Shown here: one piece after another, positions 12,565 to 27,250 of the stretch
Numbering within the stretch: the first letter of the stretch is position 1
How the letters are laid out: every line of letters begins with the position of its first letter
DNA from: the human T2T-CHM13v2.0 reference genome, Homo sapiens
NCBI RefSeq assembly: GCF_009914755.1
Contig: NC_060930.1
Reading direction: 5' to 3' (one strand)
DNA length: 64,000 bases
The notes under the pieces: model-generated
What the model saw: the letters and a program-made list of their open reading frames with translations, nothing else
Told to the model about the DNA's origin: nothing
The model's database searches: none
Made by a program: the position numbers and the translations under genes

Positions 12565-13793
12565 TTTTATACATTAATTTCTTACTAAATTGCATGGCTT
12601 TGCTGTGCCTCTACCTCTTTAGATTTTTCTGTTAGCTGAGAATATTTATCTTATGTTTTTCTCCAGCTGTAGCTGCTGTACACAACACACACATATGTAT
12701 GTCTAATCATATAAACCAATTTGCCATTCCTCAAATGAGATTTCCTCTTTTATCTCTCATTCGGACCATTTCTTTTCAAGGTTTTTGTTTATTCATCTAA
12801 AACCTTAGCACTTGCCCTTCCTCAAGCCTCAACTTAATCAATACCCCTTTTTGATACTTTTTTTTTAACTACTTCAGGATTCAGAGGTTGATCCCATTTC
12901 CTCTGAAGTACTAACAAGAGGGCATTTATTTTTATATCTGAAGCCTACTGCTAAGTCATTTTCTGCTCTATCAGGAAGTTACTTTTATTATTAAAAAGTA
13001 CTTATATTATAGAATTATCCCAGAGCAAGAAACAAAGAAAGAAAAATCATAAATGAGTTTAAAAGCAATGTAGAAAACCAGCTCTTCTGTTTGCAGAGTG
13101 TACTGGAGGGAAGATACACCTTCTAAACCATTTAATCACTGATAACCTACTTGAAACTTTTAAGATAATTTTGAATTGGTGAATAAAGCATAATCTGATA
13201 ATAAATAAGCTTCTGTTAAAAGGTCATTTTTCCCAAACTTAAAAGAAGTAAGAATATAATAAAACATACAATTAATAGGAAAATAATTTGGAAAATATCA
13301 AAACAATACAGACAGGCACACAATAATGATGCTGTATTCAGCCATAACTGGATAGATATTTTCAAGAAGGACTAAACGTGTAAAACTTCTTAATAATGTC
13401 TATAGCTCATTTATAGTTTGTTGTAGATAGCTGTGTTTATTTAATTGCATCATAAAATATATAAAATTGTATAAAAGGTAAGTATTCTGTATAATATATG
13501 GTTTTTATTGTTCTCAACTAGACATAGGTTCAGTAGTATCTAGTCCTTCTATCTTATTAGATGTTAAAGAAGAACTCCACTTTGATAGTGAACTCCAAAA
13601 CCAATTTGATTTCTTTAAAAATATATTACAGCCTATATTACAAAGATATATTGACATATATTACACCTAGTTCATCTTGTATGATGCAGGAGGAATTAGA
13701 TTACATATAGTAGAGATTTTATTTATTTTCTGATCTCATTATTACAGCTTATAGTAAAACTCTTTTAGGAAACGAGAAAATCTGATTTCATAC

Positions 13794-14098
13794 TTTTTTT
13801 TTTTTTTTTTTTTTTTGAGACGGAGTCTTGTTCTCTGGCCCAGGCTAGAGTGCAGTGGCGCGATCTAGGCTCACTCCAAGCTCCACCTTCCAGGTTCACA
13901 CCATTCTCCTGCCTTAGCCTCCCGAGTAGCTGGGACTACAGGCGCCCGCCACCACGCCTGGCTAATTTTTTGTATTTTTAGTAGAGACGGGTTTTCACTG
14001 TGTTAGCCAGGATGGTCTCAAATCTCCTGACCTCGTGATCCGCCCATCTCGGCCTCCCAAAGTGCTGTGATTACATCCGTGAGCCACCGCGCCCTGCC
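13794..14098 (-). mobile_element. AluY
   Basis: Y diagnostics (AAGCTCC, CCATTCTCC, GTGTTAGCCAGGATGG); TSD GATTTCATA at 13784 and 14099. Confidence 0.95.
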
Positions 14099-15099
14099 GA
14101 TTTCATAATATTTTTGATTGTAGTTCCTACAGCCATATTTTGGGAGTGGTAATTTGAAGCCTTAATTATGAGCAAAATGTGAACACTTCTAATAAGATCA
14201 TTTATTCACAATGTATCTGTAGATGATATCAACTCCATCACCTCATAAACATTTCCTAAAAAGTATGGATATACAGTGGGTGTTAAAAAAATAACTCTGC
14301 AATCCAGCTTCTTCAAAGACAATATCAAATCTGTGTTAATTATCAAATCTTTGTTGGGAAGAGGTAGATTTCTGTGGAGGATTGGCTGCATGTGTAGTCC
14401 ATGCTATTCTCTACATAGCACAGTATGTAATTGGATTAAAGTGGATCATCAAATACCTTTATATATAGCAACATAATTTTCACTCTTTGTAAAGCTTTTA
14501 TTCTACATATTACTTTATCTTTTTCCCATATATGTCTTTATGGAAACTTTTTTTTAAAAAAGGAGTCCAATATAATTTTTAGGTTATTTACTCAAAATGT
14601 ATTATTTGATGTATACCTTCATATATTACATCAATTTATCAGAAGCTGGCAGTCTATAGCACATGATGGCATAGGCACTTATTAAAATAAAATCTGTAGT
14701 ACTTTGTGAACCAGTCCAGATGAAGAGCAAATGTGAGGCCATGCGGGGATTCCATAGTGGAAATTTGGTTCATAATTTATCACTAAAATAAGTAAGACAT
14801 AATGAGAAAGAAATTTTTATTCTTTAACCTCCATAACACTGGCACATTTTGGTATGTGTTTCAACAGTTATGAGAAGTCAGCCTGAGGTAACAAGTTAGG
14901 CCATGTTAAAAATGAGTAGAGTGTTCATCTATTTTTTTCTCAATTAGTAGAATATTTCCATATTCCTCTAAGAAGAACCTATGTACTTTAAGTAGGGGCA
15001 ATATATTTTAGATTACAGTTTCCTTATGGTTATTAATTGATTATGGGTGTGTGCATGAAACAAAAAGTCAATTGATCAGAAACACTGATGAGATATTAT

Positions 15100-15300
15100 T
15101 TTATTTGAAGTCAAAGAGAGAGAAAGTCTCTCAATTCCTTGCCAGTGATGGAGATGTGAGCTTTTGTAGCTGTCAGTGGCCATTCTCCTGCCATGGGAGA
15201 ATGTTCTGCAGCATAAGAGAATGAGCCAAGAAGAGAAACCGAGGCAAATGTGAAGAGAGAACACTCTGACAGCCTTTGAGAACTTGACTTTAATTGCCCC
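15100..15300 (+). mobile_element. Old MLT1 (J/K-like) LTR fragment
   Basis: AGCTGTCAGTGGCCATTCTCCTGCCATGGGAGAA...GAGAATGAGCCAA. Confidence 0.45.
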
Positions 15301-15659
15301 ATAAACCCAGGTGACCCTCTATTTGTCTCATGTATTATATAAACCAGTACATTTTTCCCCTAGTCTTGTTTTAATTGAGATCCTATAATTTACGTAGAAA
15401 GAAGTCCTAATATCCTGAGAAGACCGTATGTATGTGTGTAATGATTACATGAATATACAAAGAGAAAAAGATGGTAGAGAGAATAGTGTAGCTGACTCAT
15501 AGAGGGAAGCAAAAAGAAGCAGCAAATAGAGCCTGAAAGACAGAGAACACCCTTAGTTTCAAAATCGTCAGGTGTCAGAGCCACTTGGCAAAATGCCAAC
15601 AATACTTTATTTATATAAAATGTCCACACCAAAATACAGTGTTTAAAAGAATTTAAAAG

Positions 15660-15920
15660 AATTTAGGCTTTGGACTAAAATAAATAAATAAACAAATAAA
15701 TAAACAACAAATAAATAAATAAATAAAAGTGTGCACTTACTACATGTCTAAACTTGGAGCTTGGAAAATCATTTAACTTTCATTTTGCTCAGCTGTGAAG
15801 TGGGAATAATGAACATAATTTTCATAGTTGAATATGAGAATTTTTGCTAATGGAATCGAAAGCACTTAACCCTAGTGCCTAATGCTTAGTAAAGCTCGGT
15901 AAAATATAAGTGAAAAGTTA
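15660..15920 (+). mobile_element. MIR containing an (AAAT)n tract at 15678-15727
   Basis: CTCAGCTGTGAAGTGGGAATAATGA...AAAGCACTTAACCCTAGTGCCT...TAGTAAAGCTC. Confidence 0.55.
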
Positions 15921-16299
15921 TGCTTATTGCAATAAATAAGAAAAGTTAATTTGTTTTTATGTGCTAAAAACTCCTTGGATAAACAAAAAGTGGCTTGTCT
16001 AACAAACTCCATTTCTTTTTTCAAGCCAAGTTAAAGTATTTAATGAATAGCTATATACTAGCATTTTTCTAAGTGCTGTAGAAATGTAAAACACATAAGT
16101 TGACATACAATTTTTAATTAATTCATTTATTTACCAATTCAACAAGCCAATTAACATTTATACAAATTTGTAGCAGCTCTATTTTATACTGAATTAACGA
16201 AGGTATACATTTTACTGGTAAATAAAAAAATATAAAAATTTTATTTTTCTTCAGTGACTTTGTTTAATGAGAAAATAGAAATAACACTGAATTAGTCGT

Positions 16300-16745
16300 G
16301 ACTCAAAAATAATGTGCAGAACCAATAGAATAAATACATCCATATATAGAGATATTTATTTTAAGGGATTGGCACAGGTGACTGTCAGGGCTGGCGTGTC
16401 TGAAATCCATAGGGCAAGCTGGCAGGCTGGAAATTCAGGTAAGACTTGATGTTGCATCTTGCATGCAAAATTCACGAATAGGCTGTAAACTCAGGCAATT
16501 TTTTTTTCTTTTAATATTGCAGTTAGGAGGCTGAACTCTAAAGCATCAGTCTTTTCTCTTACTGCCTTTAAGGGAATGGATGAGGCTCCCTCGCATTACG
16601 GAGGGTAATCTGTTTTACTCAAGGCCTACTGACTTTAATGTTAATCATATCCAAAAAAATACCTTCACACCAACATCTAGATTAGTGTTTTACCAAGCAA
16701 CTGAGCACTATGGTCTAGCCAAGTTGAGAAATACAATTCATCATA
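16300..16745 (-). mobile_element. MLT2 (C/D-like) ERVL LTR
   Basis: GATATTTATTTTAAGGGATTGGC...GGAGGGTAATCTGTTTTACTCAA...ACCTTCACACCAACATCTAGATTAGTGTTT...CTAGCCAAGTTGA. Confidence 0.8.
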
Positions 16746-17099
16746 GAAAGCAATAAACAACCAATCAGTTGTTGAATACATTGTTTGGCAAAAACTATTG
16801 AGGTTGTGTTTCTATGGTCTGAAATAAAATCTCAATTATATAGATTTGATTGATATTACACAAAAATTTACCTTTATTTCCTTAGATTCAGTTTATTTCT
16901 ACAGTGTTGAAAAAACTAGCACTTTCCAATTTATTAAAACTGACCTTTAGAAACAATGCTTTTAATATATAAGCCATATAAAATAAGGTATTATGTTTTA
17001 TCCTATTATATTCAACTCAGCCTCCCTTGGATAGATTTCCTCATTTACACCATATACATATACATTTATTTTAACCATTTGATGATACTGATCACATAC

Positions 17100-17367
17100 T
17101 GACCAATAATGGGACTTTTAGGAAATAATTATATTTAAATGAGGTCCTGATGTGGGCTTCTCATAATAGGATTAGTGACCTTATAAAATGAGACCAGAGA
17201 GCTTCGTCTTTCTCCCCACATGCAATGAGGAATGGAGAGAACCATTTCCAGACACTGTGTTGTTACCTTCATGTTGGAATTCCAGTCTCTAGAACTGTGA
17301 GACATAAATTTCTTTTGTTCAAGCCACTCAGCCTATGCTATTTCATTACAGCAGACTGACCTAATAT
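17100..17367 (+). mobile_element. MLT1A-like LTR, partial
   Basis: GGATTAGTGACCTTATAAAA...TTCCAGTCTCTAGAACTGTGAGACATAAATTTC...AAGCCACTCAG. Confidence 0.75.
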
Positions 17368-19627
17368 GTTTATGCATGCAGTCCTAATCTTATTTAAGGA
17401 ATAAATTATATATCTGAACATACATGATTTACCAGTTCCCTTGATGGCTCCTCACCACATGAGTTGCTCTTGGTTTAGAACCCAAATGATCCAACCAGGA
17501 TTTGAGAACTTATACTCCACCACCCACCTTGAAAACAGGTATACACAATATTTTCAAAGAAATTGAATCATGAGGAAACCCACATCTCTAGACAATTTCT
17601 GGGCAGAACACCAAACTTTAAGCCTGAGTCTTAACATTTGTTATAGTGATAGGGAAATTGTAAAGACTCCTTTTAATGCTATTCCTTTAATTTGGTAAAA
17701 GTTTTGTCTTTCTGCTCTCACAAGAAGGCCCAGAGCCCGATTACATTTCCCTGGGATTGTGCTAAGTGTTTTTGGCTGTTTTAGTGACCAGGTGATGTTC
17801 TCCAGTTCTGGGACATAGCCTGGAAGAGACCTAGCAACTCTGGTTTTGCAGTTTTGGGTGTCGAGCTATGATGTAAGAAGACTGGCCACCCTGGATAAAA
17901 CACATGGAAAGGTCACAGGGAGAGGACTTGACCTGGAAAATCCATGAAGTCCCAGCCATCCCAGGATTCCTGTTCACCCCAGACTTCCCAGACAGCACAA
18001 CTGTGGGTGAGCTACCTTGCATCTTTCAGCCCAGCGTAGTCAACTCCTTACTTTGACCCCGTTTCTGTAGAAAAATTGACTACTCGGCTAAGCCCAATCC
18101 CCTTCAAGTATTGTAAGGATTTAAAAATCAGTATTGCTCCATGTTACACCACTTTGGGGACTTCAAAAAAATATTTTCACCATCCTAGCAGCAAGATTTA
18201 CAATTGTTTCAAGCAAAAATTCATTGTTATGGCTGATAATGCGTCAGAAGAGAATAACCTTGACAGGGTCAAGAGGAATACAGTCAACAAGATAACTTTC
18301 CTAATTGTATTCCTGATACAGTGTTTTCTTCAGTTCCATAATCCTCAACAAAAAGCCTGTCACTGCCTTACTTTCAAGAATATATTCTAATATTAAATAA
18401 AGGATTATGAATAATACAAACATTATTTGGTTTTATCAGTTTCAATCACAGCTTAAGTTCAAAAACAATAAAGATTTCTTATAAACATTATGTGCAGGTA
18501 AGTTTACTGGTCAAATGCTCTATTTTACCAGTTCATTATTTTAGTTCTAATTCATTGAAAATCTTCATTTGCACTGTAAATGTGAAACAGTATGTTTAAA
18601 ATTGTAACAGGCTATAACATTTAAAAAACTCATGGAATTTTATCCAGAAAAAATAAATTCTATGACTTGCTGTGGTTTCTTCCTCAAACTCAATACTTTA
18701 AAAATGAAGTAATTATTTCTCACACTAAATGGATTTTCTTCCTTGATTCTTTGTTTAGTTAATGCCAGAAAATGAAATAAAATGTTTGTTAATTTATGAC
18801 TGAAACTGAGATTATAATTTTCAAAAACTGTCTGTACCTATTAGGTTCTGTAAGCCCCATACTCAAGGTTGTAAATTGATAATAAAATTACATGTATGAC
18901 CTCTCAGTATGAATGTGGTGATCAAAATGAAGTCATATATATTATCTGCAAATTGTAAAACATTACAAAAGCGTAAGGCTAATACATTGCTTTTCTTAAG
19001 AACCCAGCAAATTTTTGTAACACTCATGACTTTCCAAGGTTAATTTGATACTACATATTGCAATAATTCAATATTAAGCTAGCCATAAAATTACATATTT
19101 AATAGCAAATAACTTTTTGTTGTTTTTTTTTGTTCTTCTACTTTCCCTTCTCCTTGAGTTCCTCTCCTCTATCTTCTTTTTTTCTCTGCTTTATTATTTT
19201 TTTTCAAATGGATATAACCTAAGAAAGATTTTTCTAATCTCCACTTTTTTTCACATACTCAGAATATTTTCCAGTCACTTCTTAGGCAAACCAACTGCTG
19301 CCCAAGCTTCAGACACTCATCCACTTTCTCCTCAATTTTTATTCCTTTTATGTATTAATCTGAGGACAATTTGAAGTATTGGCCTGAACTCAGAGCTACA
19401 AATGTCATTCTTACTACCCCCTATAAGCCAGCAAATTGCAGATAAGAAGAAGAAATTTCTTATCATTCCCATGAAATGTCATTTTGGGTCTTCTGTCCCA
19501 AACGATCTCTTCTCTTCTCTTCTCTTTGCTTATTACTGTAACTACAAGAGACCTTTCCCTTTTCTTCATGTCTGTAACAATTATTTTGTGCCATCTGTCT
19601 GAGGCTTTTAATAGTTATCAAGGACTC

Positions 19628-20217
19628 TGTATTCATTTTCTATTGTGTAACAAATTACCACAAACTTAGTGTCTTGAAATAAGAGAAATCTATTCTTTCA
19701 TCATTTCCATAAGTGAGAACTCTGGGCACAGGTTTACTGAGTTCTCCATATAGGGTCTCAGAAGCTGCAATCAAGATGCAGACCAGTCTGTGAACTCATC
19801 TGAGGCTCAGGGTCCTCTTCCAAACACTCAGCTATTGGCAGAGTATATTTCTGTGTGCTGTAGGATTGAGGTCCTCATTTTCTGCTAGTTGTAAGTTAAG
19901 GAACACTTTCAGCTACTACAGAGCATGGCATTCCTTGCCACATGGCCTCCGTAGACAGTTCACAGTGTGGATATTTGCTTATTTTTCAGGCCAGGAGTGT
20001 ATCTCTCTGCCTTTTCATCTTCTTTTCAGGGCTGTTATGATTAGGTCACCCACGATAATCTCTCTTTAATTCAGAGTCCACTGAGAAGTACCCAAATCAT
20101 GAGAGGCATATCCTATCATAGCCACAGAAGTAGCCCATATTCAAGGGGAAAAATTAACACAGAGTATGTACAACAGAGTGGGAATTCAGGGACCATTTCA
20201 TAATTTTGCCTAACACA
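19628..20217 (-). mobile_element. MLT1E-like solo LTR
   Basis: TGTATT..TGTAACAAATTACCACAAACTTAGTG ... TTTTGCCTAACACA; TSD GACTC/GACTG. Confidence 0.82.
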
Positions 20218-23200
20218 GACTGCTATTGACATCTTTCATTATTACTTCTATCTTCCTAAGTGTAATTCTTATCCACCCATAGTTTTGTAAATCCTAGATA
20301 ATAAAAGGGAATGGAAAATTATCATAGATTCTGTTTATTAGAATCCCTTGTACATAAGAGATATTCATCTTATATGTTGTTTAGATTTTAATTGTATATT
20401 GATTAAATATACAACCTAAAATATGTAATATTATAAATATATAATTAAAATTATAAAACATAAATATATATACACACACATATCTAAAGTACTTTTATTC
20501 TAGCATTCTCCTAATCTAATCCTAATACACCTAAGAACAGTACTGAAAATCTTCAAATATAGTTTTCCATTTATTTTTCTGTCAAGGAATTAGATTCTTA
20601 CAGCATGAATTCTTATATTTTCAATTACTTCTTCCCATATACCAGATACCAATTTTGTGTTATTATACACTGATCCTTACTCTGCAATATAGCTCCATTA
20701 CCATCAACTGCTCACTTTATGATGTATATATGAACATTAATAGTGCTCCTAGCCTACAAAGTTTCCGCTATCAGGAATATTGTAATCTAGATAAAAAGCA
20801 GACATCAATCTTTTTATTTACCAATTATTATTTATTTATCATATCTAAGAGATAAAGGCAATAACTGATAATTGTCAAATAATTGGAATGAATAATTAAT
20901 GCTACAGTAATTTAGAGAAATGATATGCATACTTTGTTTTTTGGCTATCTTCTATCACTTCATCAATTAAGTCACTGAGGAGATTGAAAACATGCATTAA
21001 GAAGAGACCTTGCCATATATTTGTACTAAGTCCAATTTTCTTCATCTATGTTTTCGTGTTATATTGAAATATACTACAATATAACTCGGTAAGTTTATTG
21101 AAGTCAAATAGATATTTCATGCTTTCTTCTAGTGTCATTGTATCTTGTTTCTTAGTACCGATAGATTGGAGGACTATCAGATGAAATTTCTCATCTTACG
21201 CCCAATAAATAATACGCAATTCTTATGTTTTATTGTTATTCATTAGCCATGGATTATGGCTTATGAATAACAGTAGGTGGATTATTTGAATGGCATTGCA
21301 AAGAGAGTCATTTATAATGTACACTTGAAAGCAGAGTCAGAAATACATTTAGAATTTGTTAAGGTATTTTGCTTACTGATGTATAACATTATACAGATAC
21401 TGTATTTCAGCATGAATCACTATAATTTTCTTCTCTACCAACATTTTATTGCTGATGAACTTGGACATTGTCCAAGAAAAGGTCGAGAATAGACATTCCA
21501 AAGCCAGTGCAATTCTGTATTTTATTTCCTCACTGCATACTGACATAAATTATCATTGCAATGTATAGGCAAATCAGTCCATGAATAATAAATGCACAAT
21601 TCTGAAATAATAATCTTTGGAATAGCTTTCATCACCTTCTCTCATAAATAACAACAAATGTCAGAAAAAAAGGCAGAACTAGTCAAGACATATGAATAAA
21701 ATTATTAAAGTTGGACACTAGTGCTAGCCTTGTTATAAAAACATAAATTATGACTTATAACCTTTTCTATAGGCATCACCTCAGACTTTCAAATTCCTTT
21801 TCATATCACAAGCAGATTTATCACAATGGCCACCTGCATGCTTTCCCCATAGGAATTAATTGCCTTTATCTTGCAGGGGTCAATATTTCCAGATTACGTT
21901 TTATTTCACATTGAATCTGACTTGTATAATTATTTCATGTGGAACTGTGCCAATTATTAGAATTACTTTGTATTTTGCAAATATATCATTTTAATGCAAA
22001 TGATAAAAAGCATAAAAATGAAACTCATGGAAATATTGCTCTGACACCACATTTTTTTATTTGCTACCAACTACTGGAAATTAAAAGCTCTGTTATTAAT
22101 GATGAATGTGTTTTCAGTGGAGAATTCAGTAGCAGACAACTCCTCACCTGTAAGCCAACTGGAAGACTCAGTTTGGAAATGCAACACATAATAAATTTCT
22201 CTTATTAGATCGACAAACAAAGTAGTTTTGGACAGTATTCAGTGTCTGCTAATGATTAATAGAGACAAATGTTACAGGAAGTAAAGCTACTGTATTTACA
22301 AGCCCTTTTTGGTGAATTAATTTAATATTAATGTTTAAGTTCTTCACATCTGGAGAAATTATAAATACCAGTAACAAATTATTAAGATGTTTTATACTTT
22401 TTACTATTTCTTTAATGTTATGCAATATTATTTAACATTATTATAATGCAGTACTGATTTTAATTTTCTAAATTTTACTTTTATGTTTGTACTATACTAT
22501 AAGAATTTATTTCTAAAGTGTTAGGCCTTAAATTTCATCTTTTCACAGATTTATAAGACAATCAAAAATCTTCCATCAGTTTCCGTGTTCTGGTATTGTT
22601 TAAAACATAGAATTATCTGTTCTTGGAACTCAGATATAAAACTGACTGGAATTTAAATAATTTTGAAACTTCTATTTTTCATTATATTTCTATTTTAGAC
22701 AATTTTTTTCAATTATATTCTACTCAGAACTTCTGCAAAATAATGCTGGAATTTCACATTTTTTCTATAACAAAAAATCTATTTCATTATGTTTTCAAAT
22801 TTGATAGCATAACATACTAAAATTATTTGCTTAATATTTTTCATTCTTCATCTCTGAATGTGACTTATATTCAGTCACATTTATAATGTTATTTATTATT
22901 CCCCTTGTTAGATTTTCCAAGGGCCTTTAAAAAGCATGCCTATTAAAATAAATAGATCCACTTGTGTATTTTTTATTCCTGCCATTTTCCAAACCATGGA
23001 ACATACATTTATTTTTATTAACTGCTTATCTGAATATTCTTCAATATTAACATTGCTGTTTGTTTCATATCTTAGTAAGCTGAAATTTTAATTATTTTTC
23101 TCTTTCTTTCTGGACAACAATAGGATTTAATGTGATACATTTACTGCCAACAGAGCTTTTACTTTTCCTAATACATTTTTACGTGTAGTTTACTAAATGT

Positions 23201-23999
23201 ATTATATTTATTATCAAAGCATCTTTCATTGAAATTTAGTTAAGATTTAATATTTTATTTAGAGTTAAGATTTTTTATTTAGTTTATTTAGAAATAACTC
23301 CAAAATAATAACTCTAAAAAAAACCTCTTTTATTTAAAGATTTAATATTTATTTTAACTTATTAAAATATTATTATTAAAATAATAACTCTAAAATAATA
23401 ACTCTAAAAAAACTCTTTTATTTAGAGTTAAGATTTAATATTTCTTTTAACTTATTTATAAATTTCCAAAATAGCTTAAGCTCTTCTAAAAATCTGTTAA
23501 TGTGATTTTATTAATTTAAATGTAATTTTAATTTTTCTTTGCATTTTTAAATGATAATTATCTATTATATTATTTTGCTCTAGAATGTGCTGACATTTGC
23601 GTGTGTGCATGTGTCTGTCCTAGAATTTGATCAAGATTAGAAATTTTATGCATGTGGGTGTGTTGTGTGTGTTAAGAGACAGACAGACTGAGACAGAGAG
23701 AAAGAGAACGAGAGAGAGCATGTTCAGAAGCAGATTGAGAGGAAAGAAAAATAATGTTGCTTAATTGAATTGTCAATAAAATGCAAAATTATAATTCTAA
23801 TGCTTTTAAATTTATACCTGAAAATTTTTGACTTTTCCTGTATTCCATAAACTTTTAATCTTCACAATTCTATTACATAACATGTATTAATAACTCTATT
23901 TTACAGATGAGTAAAGTGAGGCATTAAAATAAAGTATCAGCCCCTCCTGGACTAGGTCTTAATTCTGTTAGGCTTGTGTCAGATTAAATAGCAAAGATG

Positions 24000-24445
24000 A
24001 CACTCCTTGCATTCAGAGAGAGACAGAGTCTTTGTGACTGCTGTAACCGCTAGAGTGTGGTGAAGTGAAGTTCTTGGCTTAGCCTTTATAAAGATTAGTA
24101 ATTCCCACTGCCTTGTTCTCACATCCCAGAGCTGCCACATCGGAAGTCTGAACACCCTGAAAATGCCAAGATGTTTATAGTCTAACGGAGGCAGGAGGAG
24201 AAGCCTTTAGACAGAGAGAGAGGGAGAGGAGTGCCTGGTCCAATCCCAGCTGTTCAAGCTCCCAGACATTTAAGACCTCCCATCTGTGGCCACAGACATG
24301 GATGAGCCATCCTTGCACAGCCTCTCAGGTCTTTCAGGCTCACGCAATGGTGGGAAAGAAGAATAAATAATAATCGTGGAAAATAATAATAAATTGCTGA
24401 TTTACATCATTAATTCTGTTATGCACCAATAGATAAGGTGAATAT
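24000..24445 (+). mobile_element. MLT1G/H-like LTR
   Basis: CCCAGCTGTTCAAGC, CACAGACATGGATGAGCCATC, end TGTTATGCACCAATAGATAA. Confidence 0.55.
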
Positions 24446-25315
24446 GATCCTTTCTTCTCCTCCTCTTTCTTACTTTGACAGTCATATAGCCTGTTTATTT
24501 TTAATGCTAATTTTTGTTTTTACAAACATATCTAACATAATTTATATAGTTATCTTCATATATTAACTTGTATGGACTGTCATAAATGTAAAATGAACAA
24601 ATTAGTGTCACATGTCAGTACAATTTTATACCTCAATACATATATCTCTTTTTAGTTTCCTTAATTTTCTAAATTAAAAAAAATCAATTGATCAGAATAG
24701 TTTTCCATGCAATAACTAATATTCAAAATTTATTATTTAATTAATTATTATAATGAGCTTCACATGCTTTATTTTTATCCACATCAGCTATATTATGCCT
24801 ATAAGTGGCTCCTTACTAACTTGAACCACCAACTAGATGGATATGATATTCTGATTTTGTAATTTTTTTAAGTAAAACTACATTGTTGTATTACTGTTTG
24901 TTGGCATTTAGTGTGCAGAGAGTCATTTGTACATGACTAAGTTTTATTCCTTACTTAATTGCTTTATATTTTCTACATAGAATATATTAGTATATTGATT
25001 TTTATATAGAAAATATTAAATAGATAAAGTTATAATATGTTCAAGTGTAATAAGTTTTTAAAATTTTGTCATTTAGTTTTTCATAATGAAAATCATTATA
25101 TTGTATTTGAATATTTTGTATTCTCTCTTTCCCAACGCCCTTAGTTAGGGGATACTACCATATATGAATAGAATAATCTCAGTCCATCTATCATGTTTTT
25201 TATTTTATTATTTTCATATATTCACTAACATTATCTGAATTCCAGGGTCAGGGAAGTTTCCTGCATTTATTTTCTACTTTATCACTTTAGTTTTTTGCAA
25301 CGAAACAATTGCTGA

Positions 25316-25665
<350 letters not shown>

Positions 25666-26944
25666 ATATTGCAGTTTCCAATTCACTATGTGGATCTTTC
25701 CCCTCAATGAAATTTTTATGGCTTTGAAAAAAAAATCCATCTCTTAAAAATATAAATTTAAATTTCTCTAAAATGTAGTCCCTTTTCTTGGAACAATACT
25801 ATTTATTCATACTGAGGAAAATATTTGTCTTAGCTCACACTTGAAGAATGACTATGCTTTTCTGATAAGGGTTGATAGCAAATTCAAATTGAAGTTGGTG
25901 TTGTTAGAGATTGTTATGGGTTTTAGTCCAAATCTGTGAGAAAATAGAGGCGAGAAAAGAAATTTTTATATATACTTTATAGATTTTTACCACACCACAA
26001 AAGAGATGTTGTGATAAACTGGGTGAGCAGAGAAAGGAGGAGCTGAAAATAGAAGTAGAGTCAGTCACAGCAGGCAGTTTGCCTTCTGTCTAAGTGTGTC
26101 TTTTCAGTGCTTGGTGAGGCAGCCAGGAGTTGGCCTCCACAGGGTGCCTGGTGATTGCCTGGAATAGATGACTTCCTTAAGAGCCAACCACAGCATACCC
26201 CCTGATTTTGCCTGGCAGAGCCTTCTGTTCTAAGCGGGCTCCAAGTCTAAGCCAAGAATAAACCTTGCCAAATGCACTCTTCTTATTTTGGCTTAAAGAA
26301 AGAATGCTTCCCCAGTGGTATTGCCAAGGTTGAAAATTCACTCCCAGTTGCCCATGGTTCATCTTATTAAATACAAATGGCATTCTGCCGGGATCTGATC
26401 TGGCATGCTTTCCAGATAGAGAGTGAGTCACAGATTTGTTATTATTTGAATATGTCCCTTTGCACCCTACATAACAAATAATTACAATAATTTCTTGATG
26501 TTCCTAATATAGTGAGCAAATTCTCCCTAATTTTAAATATTGTTTTGGCTTCCTCTCTATTTTTTATATTTCATTTGTCATTTTAATTGGAAGTAAAAGT
26601 TGGGAAGGCATACAGAGCCATTAAGTTGAGGTCTACCTTGAGGTTGTCATCTCAACAGGAATATTTATTTTCTGTTTTAAGCACAAATATTCTTACCAAA
26701 ATGTCAGTTCTTCAGGACTTAACATGATATTCTGGTTGCAAATTAAACAAAACAAATATAGAAATTTTCTTAAACTTTAGAAGCCATTTTTAATAGAAGA
26801 TACTTTGATTGTAAATTAGCAACACAAAAGCCTTAATATTAATAAAATGATTTTAAAAGTCATGTTGAATGTCAGGATACTATATATGAATTATTATCTC
26901 TGTTCTTCATTATTTTCAAGATCTTTTTAAAGGAACAATCTCTG

Positions 26945-27068
26945 GGGTGGAGCAAACCACCATGACGCATGTATATCTATCTAACAAACCTGCATGTTCT
27001 GCACATGTATCCCAGAACTTAAAGTAAAATAAAAATTAAAAAAAATTAATCTTCAAAAATAAAAAAAT
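26945..27068 (+). mobile_element. Extremely 5'-truncated L1PA7/8-like insertion
   Basis: GCAAACCACCATG..AACAAACCTGCATGTTCTGCACATGTATCCCAGAACTTAAAGT plus A-tail; TSD TAAAGGAACAATCTCTG / TAAAGTAACAATCTCTG. Confidence 0.9.
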
Positions 27069-27221
27069 AAAGTAACAATCTCTGTATCTATATACCCAAT
27101 GTATTACTTATAAAATGAGTAAATTAGTCACTCTTACCTATTTGGAAAATTGTAGTAACCAGTGCTTATTTACTTTTGCTTCCAAGTTATAGATTTTGAT
27201 ATACAATTCAGATTCTAAGAG

Positions 27222-27250
27222 AAGAGAGAGCGAGAGAGAGAGAGAGAGAG
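27222..27250. repeat. (GA)n microsatellite
   Basis: Directly visible. Confidence 0.9.

Noticed and set aside
12115-12577. ORFs of 85-130 aa rich in Y/I
   Set aside because: Translations of the compound microsatellite
17700-18040. GC-richer patch that could be an exon or enhancer
   Set aside because: Resembles an old MLT1-type LTR fragment (CCCAGCCATCCCAG); too uncertain to annotate either way
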